Source: an uncultured Chthonomonadaceae bacterium
GTDB taxonomy: Bacteria; Armatimonadota; Chthonomonadetes; Chthonomonadales; Chthonomonadaceae
NCBI GenBank assembly: GCA_963817895.1
Contig: CAWFQB010000007.1
Span: 128,001 to 192,000 of the forward strand
Length of the DNA stretch: 64,000 nucleotides
Direction of reading: 5' to 3'
Of the stretch, positions 50,401 to 60,189 are shown one piece after another. Within the stretch, counting starts at the first letter, position 1. Each line of letters begins with the position of its first letter. The notes beneath the pieces were generated by a model that was given only the letters and a program-made list of their open reading frames with translations, was not told the origin of the DNA and made no database searches. A program made the translations under genes and the position numbers.

Positions 50401-52362
50401 ATGCCCACGACCAAAAATGAACGTCTCACCGAGCAGATCGTAAGAAACATACTGCGACAACTTGGATATTACGACATAGTAAATAACATTCTTGTGGAGG
50501 AGCAGAAGAGTACAATTGAGGCAGTCAAAAGACTCCTCAAGAGTGCCAGCAAGTCGGGCAAAGGGGGAACCGGAGCGCCTGAGTTCATCATCAGCTCTCT
50601 CACAGCACCTGACTTCTTAATCATTATCGAATGCAAGGCCAGTACGGGGGATCAAGCAAGTCTACTCTACAAGAGTTCTTCACTGTTGGACGTGGATGCA
50701 GAAGAACAAGAGACGCCTGAGCAACAGGCCAAACGCATTCAACGCTATGCCGTAGATGGGGCATTACACTACGCACAGCAGTTGTCGAAAGCGTTCAATG
50801 TCATCGCCATTGCCATCAGCGGCCAAACAGAAGATGAAGTAATCGTTTCCACTTTCCTCCATCCTAAAGGCGCTTACAGCCCCAAAAAACTGCTGACCAA
50901 AGACCAGCAACCTATTAATTGTCTTATCTCGTGGTCAGATTATATAGCCCATGGCACCTATGACCCGACTGTTCAGAAACTGCGGTTCGATGAACTTATG
51001 GCGTTTTCAAGAGAACTCCATGATTTCATGCGCAATTATGCGAAATTGACGGAAAGTGAAAAACCGCTTGTCGTCAGTGGGACGTTGATTGCACTGCGCC
51101 ACAAACCCTTTGGCCATTCGTTTGAACAGAACTCCCCCGAGGATCTGCAAAGCGCATGGATGCACGTTATTCGCACGGAGATTCAGAAGGCTCACATACC
51201 CAACTCAAAGAAAAGGGAGAGTATGGTGCAGCCCTATTCCAGCATTGCCGTACACCCTGAGCTTGGAAAATCCACAAAGGCGTATCCAAAAGGGATATTA
51301 CATGAACTAATTTCTAGGCTTAATGAAAAGGTTTACCCCTTTATCAGTATTTACCATGACTTTGATGTGGTGGGACAGTTTTACGGTGAATTCCTGAAAT
51401 ATACCGGTGGGGACAAGAAGGCTTTAGGGATTGTCCTCACTCCACGTCATATTACGGAATTGTTTGCCTTACTTGCGAATGTCAACAAAGATAGTACCGT
51501 TCTAGATATATGTGCGGGAACAGGAGGATTTCTCATTTCCGCCATGATGCAGATGATGCGTACAGCCCAGACGAAAGAGGAAGAAGAGCGCATCAAGTCT
51601 GAAGGACTCGTAGGGGTAGAGCAGCAGCCAAATATGTTTGCTCTGGCCGCATCGAATATGATTTTACGTGGTGATGGGAAAGCCAATCTCTACCAGGGCG
51701 ACTGCTTTGATGATGAGATCATTGCACAAATCAAAAAACACCGATGCGACGTTGGATTGTTGAATCCTCCCTTTTCCCAGGGCGAGTCAAGCCTACACGA
51801 ATTATATTTCATCAAGCAACTACTGACTTGCCTTGAAAAAGGTGGCACAGGCGTCGTTATAGTTCCCATGTCCTGTGCGATCAATCGTCATCCTGCCAAG
51901 GCAGAGCTTCTTAAAGAACATACTTTAGAGGCCGTAATGTCTATGCCGGATGATCTGTTTTACCCGGTGGGTACAGTAACTTGCATCATGGTTTTTACGG
52001 CTAAAATTCCTCACGCTCACAGCAAACGCAAAACATGGTTTGGCTATTGGAAACGCGATGGTTTTCTAAAGACAAAGCATCGAGGCCGTATTGATGTCTC
52101 AGAGAACTGGGCTACTTTGCGTGACAAATGGGTTGACCGATTTCGGAATCGCGAGGTGCATGCGGGCGAAAGTGTCATGCGAATGGTGACAGCGGATGAT
52201 GAATGGTGTGCTGAAGCCTATATGGAAACGGACTACGGCACCATTACTCAGGGCGAGTTCGAGAAAGCAGTGAGGAACTACGCGATATACCGCTTACTCG
52301 GTACGTCCCCTCATTCATTGGATAATGAAGAGATCGTAGATGAGGTTATGCAGGATGCCTAA
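50401..52362 (+). CDS. Type IIB (BcgI-like) R-M alpha subunit: nuclease + N6 MTase
   Basis: PEFII...IECKA, ALGIVLTPRHITELF, DICAGTGGFL, NPPF, EWCAEAY. Confidence 0.85.
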   Translation: MPTTKNERLTEQIVRNILRQLGYYDIVNNILVEEQKSTIEAVKRLLKSASKSGKGGTGAPEFIISSLTAPDFLIIIECKASTGDQASLLYKSSSLLDVDAEEQETPEQQAKRIQRYAVDGALHYAQQLSKAFNVIAIAISGQTEDEVIVSTFLHPKGAYSPKKLLTKDQQPINCLISWSDYIAHGTYDPTVQKLRFDELMAFSRELHDFMRNYAKLTESEKPLVVSGTLIALRHKPFGHSFEQNSPEDLQSAWMHVIRTEIQKAHIPNSKKRESMVQPYSSIAVHPELGKSTKAYPKGILHELISRLNEKVYPFISIYHDFDVVGQFYGEFLKYTGGDKKALGIVLTPRHITELFALLANVNKDSTVLDICAGTGGFLISAMMQMMRTAQTKEEEERIKSEGLVGVEQQPNMFALAASNMILRGDGKANLYQGDCFDDEIIAQIKKHRCDVGLLNPPFSQGESSLHELYFIKQLLTCLEKGGTGVVIVPMSCAINRHPAKAELLKEHTLEAVMSMPDDLFYPVGTVTCIMVFTAKIPHAHSKRKTWFGYWKRDGFLKTKHRGRIDVSENWATLRDKWVDRFRNREVHAGESVMRMVTADDEWCAEAYMETDYGTITQGEFEKAVRNYAIYRLLGTSPHSLDNEEIVDEVMQDA

Positions 52363-53443
52363 AGTAGAAGACCTCTTTGAAGTAAAGTATGGCGTCAATT
52401 TAGAGTTGAATGCTCTGAAAAGAGATGAAAATGGGATCAACTTCGTTTCTCGCACAGACCGTAATAACGGTGTCTCTGCAAAAGTCGCTCTCATCAACTC
52501 CGTGTCGCCTATACCAACAGGAACGATTTCCGTAGCAGGAGGCGGCTCAGTAATGGCAAGCTTCCTGCAATTGGAGCCTTACTATTGCGGGCGCGATCTA
52601 TATTACCTTTGTCCAAAATCGGCTATGACCGATGCGGTTAAATTGTACTATTGTTCTTGCCTACGGGCAAACCGGTATCGCTTCAACTATGGCCGTCAAG
52701 CAAACCGCACACTTCGAGAAATTCTGATTCCTGGACTTGATGAGATTCCAGAGTGGGTAGAAATGCAAAGAATTGATGTGTTTCACGGAAAAGAAGTATC
52801 GGCAATTCCGCAGAAACACATTCCCCTGAATACAACCTCCTGGCGAATATTTCTGATTTCGGATCTGTTTGAGTTGAGGAAAGGCACACGTCTTACAAAA
52901 GCAGACATGATCCCGGGCGGTACACCTTTCATTGGAGCCATAGACAGCAAAAACGGCATTAGTGGCTTTGTAGGACAACGCCCTCTTCATCCCGGCAATA
53001 CGTTGACCGTAAGTTACAACGGAAGTGTCGCCGAAGCATTTTATCAACCTCAACCCTATCGCTGCTCGGATGATGTGAATGTTCTCTATCCGAAATTTCA
53101 ACTAAATGCGGCTATTGGTTTATTCATTGCTACGGTAATTCGCCATGAGAAATACCGTTTCAATTACGGGCGAAAGTGGCATCTGGAGCGTATGGAAGCG
53201 TCTGAAATTCGCCTTCCTGCGACTTCCGCAGGTGTCCCTGACTTTGAATTCATGGAAGCCTACATCAAGACATTGCCATTTAGTGCCGAGTTGATGAACG
53301 TGACTGAGGAAGAAAAAGCACTTCATTACAATCCGCCAACCCTAGAGAAACAGCCAAGTAGGGAGGGGAAGGAAGTTCCGTGGGAACACATCCAACCGGA
53401 ACTTCCATATACCGTTGAAAATGTCAACACAGTAAGTCATTAG
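52355..53443 (+). CDS. Type IIB R-M specificity (beta) subunit with two TRDs
   Basis: Two repeated halves ending RFNYGRQ and RFNYGRK; overlaps the alpha subunit stop. Confidence 0.85.
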   Translation: MPKVEDLFEVKYGVNLELNALKRDENGINFVSRTDRNNGVSAKVALINSVSPIPTGTISVAGGGSVMASFLQLEPYYCGRDLYYLCPKSAMTDAVKLYYCSCLRANRYRFNYGRQANRTLREILIPGLDEIPEWVEMQRIDVFHGKEVSAIPQKHIPLNTTSWRIFLISDLFELRKGTRLTKADMIPGGTPFIGAIDSKNGISGFVGQRPLHPGNTLTVSYNGSVAEAFYQPQPYRCSDDVNVLYPKFQLNAAIGLFIATVIRHEKYRFNYGRKWHLERMEASEIRLPATSAGVPDFEFMEAYIKTLPFSAELMNVTEEEKALHYNPPTLEKQPSREGKEVPWEHIQPELPYTVENVNTVSH

Positions 53444-53710
53444 ATGTGGATCACAAGCAAAAGGTCCCTCCCGTCCGATGGGCTGGACAGGAGGGCTATT
53501 TGCCGGTATGAACGCACTTATCTTCGGCACAATCGCCCGCTTCCTTAGAGCCGCTCCCGCCGTGCCTGAACCCCCGCCCGCTTATCCTGTGTCAACTTGT
53601 GTCCAGGGCTCCCCAATCTTTGGACTTCTGCGTTATGCCTGTCTGCTGGCGATTACCTGTTTTCTTCTCCAAATGTTGCAATTTCGTGCAAAAAGGGCGC
53701 AAACGGGCAG

Positions 53711-53730
53711 TTTGGCATGAATCTTGCAAT
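53711..53730 (+). promoter_or_regulatory. Sigma-54 promoter motif, copy 2 (PEP-CTERM gene)
   Basis: Identical 20-mer TTTGGCATGAATCTTGCAAT. Confidence 0.7.
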
Positions 53731-53807
53731 GAGTATAGGCAACGGTAGTCTTTTTGATACCCTCACTCCTTCTGTGCTTTCATGTTCTCATCAAGGAGAC
53801 CTTCTTC

Positions 53808-54407
53808 ATGCGTTTTGCTAACCTGGCTCTTGCCGCTCTTGCCGCCCTCGCCTGCTGCGTTGCCCCATCCGCACAGGGGCAGGTCGTCCTCAACATCTTT
53901 CAGAACGGCACGGAGGTGGACGCCCTCGCCACTGGTACGCTCAACATCACCGGCTTGATCAATCCTGGTGCCACTGCCAGCGCTAATGATCAGGTTGTGG
54001 GAGTGGTCGCTTACGCGCTTGTGGGCAGTAACAGCACGTCTTATGATGTTTACACAGGCATGTTTACAACAGGTCAGGTTTCGTTTGGCAGCGGCAGTGG
54101 AACATTCGCGACCAGCGGCTCCGGCGACCGCTTTGGCATATTTGGCGGTGTCAATTTCCTTTTCCTGCCACAAGGCTACGTATCGGGAACTCCCATCAAC
54201 GGCAGCGCGGTGTTTACGAACAACACCCTCAGCGGGTTGGGCCTGACGCCCGGTACGTATGTCTATACGCTCCCCAACGACACCGTTTCTGTCCTGATTG
54301 GTACCGCGCCTGCTGCTGTTCCCGAACCCGGCAGCATCGCCCTCCTCACCGGCCTGAGCCTCACCGGAGCCGCTTTCCTGCGCCGACGTAAACAGTCTCG
54401 CCATTAA
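53808..54407 (+). CDS. PEP-CTERM sorting-domain protein
   Basis: Signal peptide; VPEPGSIALL-TM-RRRK. Confidence 0.92.
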   Translation: MRFANLALAALAALACCVAPSAQGQVVLNIFQNGTEVDALATGTLNITGLINPGATASANDQVVGVVAYALVGSNSTSYDVYTGMFTTGQVSFGSGSGTFATSGSGDRFGIFGGVNFLFLPQGYVSGTPINGSAVFTNNTLSGLGLTPGTYVYTLPNDTVSVLIGTAPAAVPEPGSIALLTGLSLTGAAFLRRRKQSRH

Positions 54408-54471
54408 CAACGGCAGAACCAACCGACCTGAAGCCGGGCAGAGTATTCCACTACTCTGCCCGGGGCCTTGT

Positions 54472-55356
54472 TCACGCGATTCGCTCCAGCCGTTCCCGCG
54501 CAATCGTCCGGTACTCTTCATTCAACTCGATGCCTACAAAGTCCCGCTGATGCTTCAACGCGACCGCGCCCGTTGTGGCCGTTCCGGCAAACATGTCCAG
54601 CACCGTGCCTCCAACCGGACACGACGCGAGGACGCAGGGCGTGATCAGGGCCTCGGGATAGGTGGCGTGGTGGTTACTGCCCCGGATTCTTCCGCTGGAG
54701 CAAGTCCAGACAGACCGCTTGTTTCTCCCTCGTGCCGCAATCTCTTCCGCTGGCGTATTGCGGTACTGCGGCCTGACCGAGTTCACCAGAGCGTCCGGTT
54801 TGTAGGTTTCATCCTTCTGTCTGCCAGAGGCTTTCTGAGCGGTTCTGTGACGCTTCAGGGTGCTTTCTGCAACGGGTTCTCGAATGGCGTCCCCATCGTA
54901 GTAATAGCGCCGCGACGCCGACAACAAGAACAGGTACTCGTGGCTTTTGGTGGGCCTGTCCGTGACGCTTTCCGGGCAGACGTTGCTGCGGTTCCAAATC
55001 ACGCTGGAACGCAGGAACCAGCCGTCATCGCGCAGCGCCAACGCCACGGCCCACGGAACGCCCGCCAAATCGCCCTTTTTCAACCCCTGCCGTTTGTTGT
55101 CGGAGCGGACGTAGCAATCTCCAAGATTCAGCCAGATTGACCCGTCGCTTTTAAGGACCCTGCGAACCTGACGAAAGACGGCCACCAGGTTGCTCACATA
55201 CGCCTCGAGAGTACGCTCCTGGCCAAACTGGCCCTTGACGCCGTAATCACGCTGCCGATGATAAGGCGGCGAGGTTATGCAAGTGTGGATCGAGCTGACC
55301 GGCAGCAAGGGCAAAACATCCAAACACGAACCGTGATGCAAGGTAAAGCGGCTCAT
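54472..55356 (-). CDS. Orphan beta-class N4-C/N6-A DNA methyltransferase
   Basis: TSPPY, WLNLGD, HHATYP, LDMFAGTATT. Confidence 0.9.
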   Translation of the reverse strand: MSRFTLHHGSCLDVLPLLPVSSIHTCITSPPYHRQRDYGVKGQFGQERTLEAYVSNLVAVFRQVRRVLKSDGSIWLNLGDCYVRSDNKRQGLKKGDLAGVPWAVALALRDDGWFLRSSVIWNRSNVCPESVTDRPTKSHEYLFLLSASRRYYYDGDAIREPVAESTLKRHRTAQKASGRQKDETYKPDALVNSVRPQYRNTPAEEIAARGRNKRSVWTCSSGRIRGSNHHATYPEALITPCVLASCPVGGTVLDMFAGTATTGAVALKHQRDFVGIELNEEYRTIARERLERIA

Positions 55357-56114
55357 CGTCGCCCCTCCTGCGCTTCCCTCAGGCGATGATGGGCGATGGC
55401 GAAGTATTCTGGATCCAACTCCATACCGACAAAACGCCGGTTCTCCAAAAGGGCTGCCACTCCTGTGGAGCCGCTGCCCATGAACGGATCGAGAACCACG
55501 TCGCCCGGATTGCTGAAAGATTTCAAAAGTTTAATCAAGAGGTCGAGCGGCTTCTGGGTTGGGTGCAGTCCGTTGGGATCGCGCCCGAAGGTCCAGACGC
55601 TGGTAGGATGGCGCGTCCCCGGATTGTCATAATCCTGGTCATTCATGCCGTTATTGTAATGGCGGCAGGGTTTCGTCCGCTTCCGATGGTGGTACGGTTT
55701 GCCCTCCGTCATCTGTGCGTTGTAGGTGGATTGCATCACGCCATTCACGCGGCCGTACTTGCGGCAAAAAATCAGGATATCCTCATGGGAACGCAAGGGA
55801 CGCATGTTGGCGCTCAGGAAGCCCACGCTTTGGGTCTTTTGCCAAATAAGACTATAACGGTATGACCGTCTGTTGCTGTTGATGAGGTCCGTCGTGAAGG
55901 GTTGCGCGGCAAAGGAGATTTGTACGGCGGAAGGCTTGCACACGCGGTCGGCTTCCAGCCAGAAGGCTTTCCAGTCAATGCGCTGTTTGTCAAATGGGAG
56001 ATTGGTTGTACGGTAGGGAGGGTCCATCAACAAAAAATCAACGGAGTTGTCGGGGAGTGGCGCTAAAGCGGCGAAACAATCGCCATGAATGATGTTAAAC
56101 TTTCGGTCTGTCAT
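55353..56114 (-). CDS. Orphan beta-class N6-A DNA methyltransferase
   Basis: DPPY, HPTQKP, LDPFMGSGSTG. Confidence 0.9.
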   Translation of the reverse strand: MTDRKFNIIHGDCFAALAPLPDNSVDFLLMDPPYRTTNLPFDKQRIDWKAFWLEADRVCKPSAVQISFAAQPFTTDLINSNRRSYRYSLIWQKTQSVGFLSANMRPLRSHEDILIFCRKYGRVNGVMQSTYNAQMTEGKPYHHRKRTKPCRHYNNGMNDQDYDNPGTRHPTSVWTFGRDPNGLHPTQKPLDLLIKLLKSFSNPGDVVLDPFMGSGSTGVAALLENRRFVGMELDPEYFAIAHHRLREAQEGRR

Positions 56115-56437
56115 GGAAAAACGTAATCGGAAGGCGGCGCGTGTTCGTTGCACAAACCGTGTTCCAGTCCGCTCTCTCTCTCATCCAGAGGGGGCGGGCG
56201 CTATTCCTCAATTCCTTTCAAATGTAAATAAGGCACTCGTGATGGTCTTGACATAGTTTAGCCCCTCTCCCAAAATCGGGAGAGGGGCTGTTCAGGTATT
56301 CGGTAATGGGTGTTAGGTGTCGGCTCTCAGTTTTTGCGCAAAAACTCAAAACCAGATTTTGCGCAAAAACTCAGGCGCGGTTTGTTGACGATCTGTTGAC
56401 AAATCGGCAACATCTGGAACTGGGCAAAACTCTGCGT

Positions 56438-56974
56438 CTACGCGGGCAAAACGTAGGGGCGCAGCAGCGTCAGGCAGGAAAGCGGTTCCACGCTACGGGC
56501 CACGCTGTCATGGCAGTTGCCGCTCACAAGATGCGCGACACCCGCTTCCAAGTCCACGCGCTCCAGCACGGTCGTATGGTGGTAGGAAAGGCCGTTCTTG
56601 GCCGCTTCGCCCGTTCCGCCTTTCAGTACCGCCGTATCACCCGGAACCGCGCTGTGTGGGGTTTGCAGGGTTCCGTGCTGGATGCCGAAGTTTACCATCT
56701 CATGCGAGGAGGCCGTTCGCGCATGCGGGAGTGAAGACAGCCCCAGATCGTCGAGAACATGCCCGATGTCGAAACTGTCCTCCCCCGCGCACCATTGCTT
56801 CTCGTCGGCAGGCAAAGACAAGTCCACGCCCACATACAAAAGTTTCGGATCCACGTCCGGGCCGCTGTTGCTGCCCATCGGCTCCTCATGCTGTCCGAGG
56901 TGGCTGATGATCTTGTCGAGGATACGCTGCCCGATCTGCTGCGCTTTCCACTGCGTTTGCGTTGCTTGTGCCAT
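56438..56974 (-). CDS. CHAP-like endolysin
   Basis: GSNSGP.V...QWCA...HHT..V...SGN. Confidence 0.7.
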   Translation of the reverse strand: MAQATQTQWKAQQIGQRILDKIISHLGQHEEPMGSNSGPDVDPKLLYVGVDLSLPADEKQWCAGEDSFDIGHVLDDLGLSSLPHARTASSHEMVNFGIQHGTLQTPHSAVPGDTAVLKGGTGEAAKNGLSYHHTTVLERVDLEAGVAHLVSGNCHDSVARSVEPLSCLTLLRPYVLPA

Positions 56975-57104
56975 TTGAGTTGTTCCTTCCGCACCACCAA
57001 AAAAAGAAGCATTACCAGTCCCATCAACAGGCCGGGCAACGCTTTGTACCAGGGCAGCAGCCCCTCCGATACATAACTAAGCAGTTCCGCGTCCACACGC
57101 CCTC

Positions 57105-57365
57105 CTAAGCGGAAGGCGTGCCCGGGGCGTCAGAAGATGGCGGCCCTTCGGCAGAGCCTTGCGCGTCCTGCTCTTTCTGTGTTTTATCCGGGTCCGCCTT
57201 GAACGCTTTGTACGCCACTGCCGCCGCCGCCAGAGCGCTCACAACGACGGCGGGCGCGTGTACCGCTTGCGCCACGTCGGCGAGATGCGGTATCACGTAG
57301 GGCGCGAGGACGGACGCCGCTGCGCCTGCCGTGTACAGCCACTTCCGCGCTTTGTCGCTTTTCAT
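57105..57365 (-). CDS. Putative holin
   Basis: Small two-TM protein (RKWLY...) in the lysis cassette. Confidence 0.6.
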   Translation of the reverse strand: MKSDKARKWLYTAGAAASVLAPYVIPHLADVAQAVHAPAVVVSALAAAAVAYKAFKADPDKTQKEQDAQGSAEGPPSSDAPGTPSA

Positions 57366-57379
57366 GGTTCGTTTTCTCC

Positions 57380-57477
57380 TTAGAGCCTATCCCAATAGGC
57401 CGGGTATTGAAAATACCCGGCAGGAAAGTGCAAGCGTCCTGCGGACGCGAATTCGCGCCTATTGGGATAGGTTCTTA
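57380..57477. mobile_element. MITE with IS5-like terminal inverted repeats and TTA target duplication
   Basis: TTA-GAGCCTATCCCAATAGGC...GCCTATTGGGATAGGTTC-TTA. Confidence 0.75.
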
Positions 57478-57840
57478 TTTGTTCGCGCGTCGCTCCGCCA
57501 AGTAGGTGAGCTTGGCCTTGATTTCCGCCAGATCGCTCTTAAAGCCTGAAAAACCGTCGCGCAGATTGCTCACGTCGCTCCGTATTTTTTCCCGGTCGGC
57601 AATACTAACCGTGGCCTGCCCTTCCAGGATGGTCACCCGCGTGTTCAGCGTCGCATAGCCGATACAGGCCGCGACGAGCATCATAATCCAACTGGGCGCT
57701 TTGTCCAGCATCTTTTCCACCAGTGTCGACCCCGGATGCGATTCGCTCGAAGACAAGCGCGCCGGAGGGCCAGAGCGCTTGTTCTGGTGATGCTCTTTCC
57801 ACAGCATAAAATCTTCGTAGTCGTCCTGATCGTCACGCAT
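57475..57840 (-). CDS. Phage membrane protein with coiled coil (lysis-module associated)
   Basis: One TM followed by a coiled-coil C-terminus. Confidence 0.6.
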   Translation of the reverse strand: MRDDQDDYEDFMLWKEHHQNKRSGPPARLSSSESHPGSTLVEKMLDKAPSWIMMLVAACIGYATLNTRVTILEGQATVSIADREKIRSDVSNLRDGFSGFKSDLAEIKAKLTYLAERRANK

Positions 57841-57955
57841 AGCGACACCCCTGCCGCCTCAGAACCGCGTGGGCAGCAGGAGGCGTAAAAAGAAGCCTGG
57901 TGGGAAACTCTCCACCAGGCCGAATATTACAAGATTACAAGATTACAAACCGGAG

Positions 57956-58447
57956 TTAAGACCCGCCCAACGCCTTGCTGATGACAAACAGCACGTTGCC
58001 ATCACTGGGGAAGTACAGCGTATCGCCATTGCTTTGCACCACTTCGATTTCCAGTGAAAACGTCCCCGCAACGGCCACATCCGCGCGCGCCAGGTGGTAG
58101 CCGACAATCCCGCCGTCGGCGTAGTCGAGCGTCATAACATCCTCAATCAACAGCGTCGCGCCAATCAGCGTCGCCAGCCGTAGCGTCACCGCCGCGCCCG
58201 CAAGCTTCATGGGCAGGCCGCTGCCGTCTATCAGCCGGAACTGGAACCGGGGCGCGGTCTGGAACTGCTTCCAGTCCAGACGGGTGAGCGCCCCTGCGCC
58301 CTGCTGAACTTCGGCAATCTGGAGGGGAAGGGTACAGTACATAATAGTCTCCACTCCTGTCGAAGGTACAGACGGGGGTGCAGGCGCAGGGTCGGAACTG
58401 TTGGCTCCGCCCGGATCGGTTTCGCCACTGCCGGGAAAGTCGCTCAT
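57956..58447 (-). CDS. BppU-like baseplate upper protein domain
   Basis: L.D.SG.P..L.GA.V.L...G.V.Y...D....G....EIEV....G....FPSDG. Confidence 0.65.
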   Translation of the reverse strand: MSDFPGSGETDPGGANSSDPAPAPPSVPSTGVETIMYCTLPLQIAEVQQGAGALTRLDWKQFQTAPRFQFRLIDGSGLPMKLAGAAVTLRLATLIGATLLIEDVMTLDYADGGIVGYHLARADVAVAGTFSLEIEVVQSNGDTLYFPSDGNVLFVISKALGGS

Positions 58448-58459
58448 TACGTCCTCCTA

Positions 58460-60187
58460 CTATGGCAGATTGGAAAACGTCGGTTTCGCCCGCCCGCCCG
58501 GAGCCACTTTGCCGAACGTGCTGTCGGTATACGTGGTCGGCTGCACGGCCAGCGGCGTGGTTCCGTCGAAGCGGAAGTACGTCACGGTTCGCACATAGGG
58601 CGAAGAGGTGCTATCGGAAATGGTGAAGCGCCCGTTCATAAAAGCTTCCGACAAGGCTTGTACCTGCTTGAAGGTCAGACTGCCATCTATTGTGGCTCCC
58701 AGAACGCCGGTCGCAATGGCCGCAATGTCGCCTGACGACAGGCCGCTGAAGCCGTAGCCGGTCGGCGGTGTCACCGGCAACTGCACGGGCTGACCGCGTT
58801 GCTGGTAGTCGTTCGGCACGGCATTGGCTAACTGAAGCGCGAAGTAATTTCCCCACGTCCCCGCGCCATACGTGCCTTTTGCCGCTGCGAACACGTCCGA
58901 GGGAGCCGTGTACCAGGAGGGAGCCGTGCCGCGCTGCGCGTATGCCTGTGTCATGCCGTACATTAGCGCTCCGGCCTGATTGCCCGAATAGCCGGTGGCG
59001 ATGTTGGTGGTCCAGGGATCGCCCGCGCTGCCCGCCGCGTTGAGCTTTTGCCCGAACGATCCCGCCGTGTTGAAGGAGGCTGCCGTTGCGCCGAATACGT
59101 CGCCCGCGAACAATCCATGCTCGGTTGGCGTCAGCACCAGCCGCCCGGAAGCGTCAATCGAAAGCAGGTTGAAGTTTGTCGGGAAAGTGATACCGCTGAT
59201 GCCGCCCACATTGCCCGTCACGCTGGTAGCCGACCCAACGTTTTGCCCGACTGCAAACGTGCTGGTTCCGATAGTAGTTGGAAATGTTACTGCCGCCGCC
59301 GCATTTGCCGTCTGTCCGGCGATCTGCGCGACGTTAGCCGGCAGATTGCCCGTCACATCCCCACTCGCCAGTGTTGCCGCCTGCTTGGTTGTCTGGCCCA
59401 AATTGTTGTACGTCTGCGTCGCACTCAGGCCGTACCCGTTTTTGTCCAGGTTAGTTTGCACTGTGGCGTAAGGAACCGGTTCAATCCAGAACACGCTCGT
59501 GGCGTCCGGGGTCGTCGTCCACTGCCCGGGTCCAGGGCGCGTGATCGTGGCGACCTTTGTGCTGCCGACATAACTCAGAATGGTCGCGAACTGCCCCGCT
59601 CCCGTCCCTGAGCTGATGCGGATGCCGTGACTGGCATAGATGTTATCCACTGCCGAAGCCGCGGCGTCGAGCGTGATCGTCGAAACCGTGCCGCCCTGCG
59701 CCGTACTCTGCCGTCCAACGCGCTGCGCCGCTCCGAAAAACGCCTGTCCGACCGTATTGGTCGTAGGTAGAGCTGGAAGAACTTGCGTAAAATCGTGGCC
59801 GACGGTTGCGCCGCTGACGAGTGACGCGACTGTGTTGCCGTTCCAGTCTATTGCGCCGGAGGATACCAGCACATCCGTGACTGCCGGAGCGCCGCCTTGC
59901 TGTTCATAAACCAGTACGGTATAGCGTCCTGCGGTAACAATCGCAGGCGGGAAGGTTCCGTAGTAAATCCTGGTCGTTCCCTGCTCCGACATGGCGGCAC
60001 TGCTTTGCCAGTTGGCATTGTTGAGCGTGACGTTGCCGCCTGCCGTGTAAAGCAGGCCTGTGGGCGTGAGAATTAGCTGATAGAGCGTTTTGCCGCTCGT
60101 ATCCGTCGCCTTGATCTCGTTGCTGCCCCACGCCACGCAGGAGAGCAGCAGGATGCACAGTGCCAGCGTTGTGCGTAAATAGCGCAT
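58460..60187 (-). CDS. Phage tail or structural protein
   Basis: TAQGG..STITL..AASA.D..Y...I.I.SGTGAGQ...Y.GSTKVATI module; G/T/A-rich. Confidence 0.65.
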   Translation of the reverse strand: MRYLRTTLALCILLLSCVAWGSNEIKATDTSGKTLYQLILTPTGLLYTAGGNVTLNNANWQSSAAMSEQGTTRIYYGTFPPAIVTAGRYTVLVYEQQGGAPAVTDVLVSSGAIDWNGNTVASLVSGATVGHDFTQVLPALPTTNTVGQAFFGAAQRVGRQSTAQGGTVSTITLDAAASAVDNIYASHGIRISSGTGAGQFATILSYVGSTKVATITRPGPGQWTTTPDATSVFWIEPVPYATVQTNLDKNGYGLSATQTYNNLGQTTKQAATLASGDVTGNLPANVAQIAGQTANAAAAVTFPTTIGTSTFAVGQNVGSATSVTGNVGGISGITFPTNFNLLSIDASGRLVLTPTEHGLFAGDVFGATAASFNTAGSFGQKLNAAGSAGDPWTTNIATGYSGNQAGALMYGMTQAYAQRGTAPSWYTAPSDVFAAAKGTYGAGTWGNYFALQLANAVPNDYQQRGQPVQLPVTPPTGYGFSGLSSGDIAAIATGVLGATIDGSLTFKQVQALSEAFMNGRFTISDSTSSPYVRTVTYFRFDGTTPLAVQPTTYTDSTFGKVAPGGRAKPTFSNLP

Positions 60188-60189
60188 GA

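Noticed and set aside
53478..53720. 80-aa ORF containing AVPEP as a second PEP-CTERM protein
   Set aside because: VPEP is internal and not followed directly by a TM and basic tail; no signal peptide.
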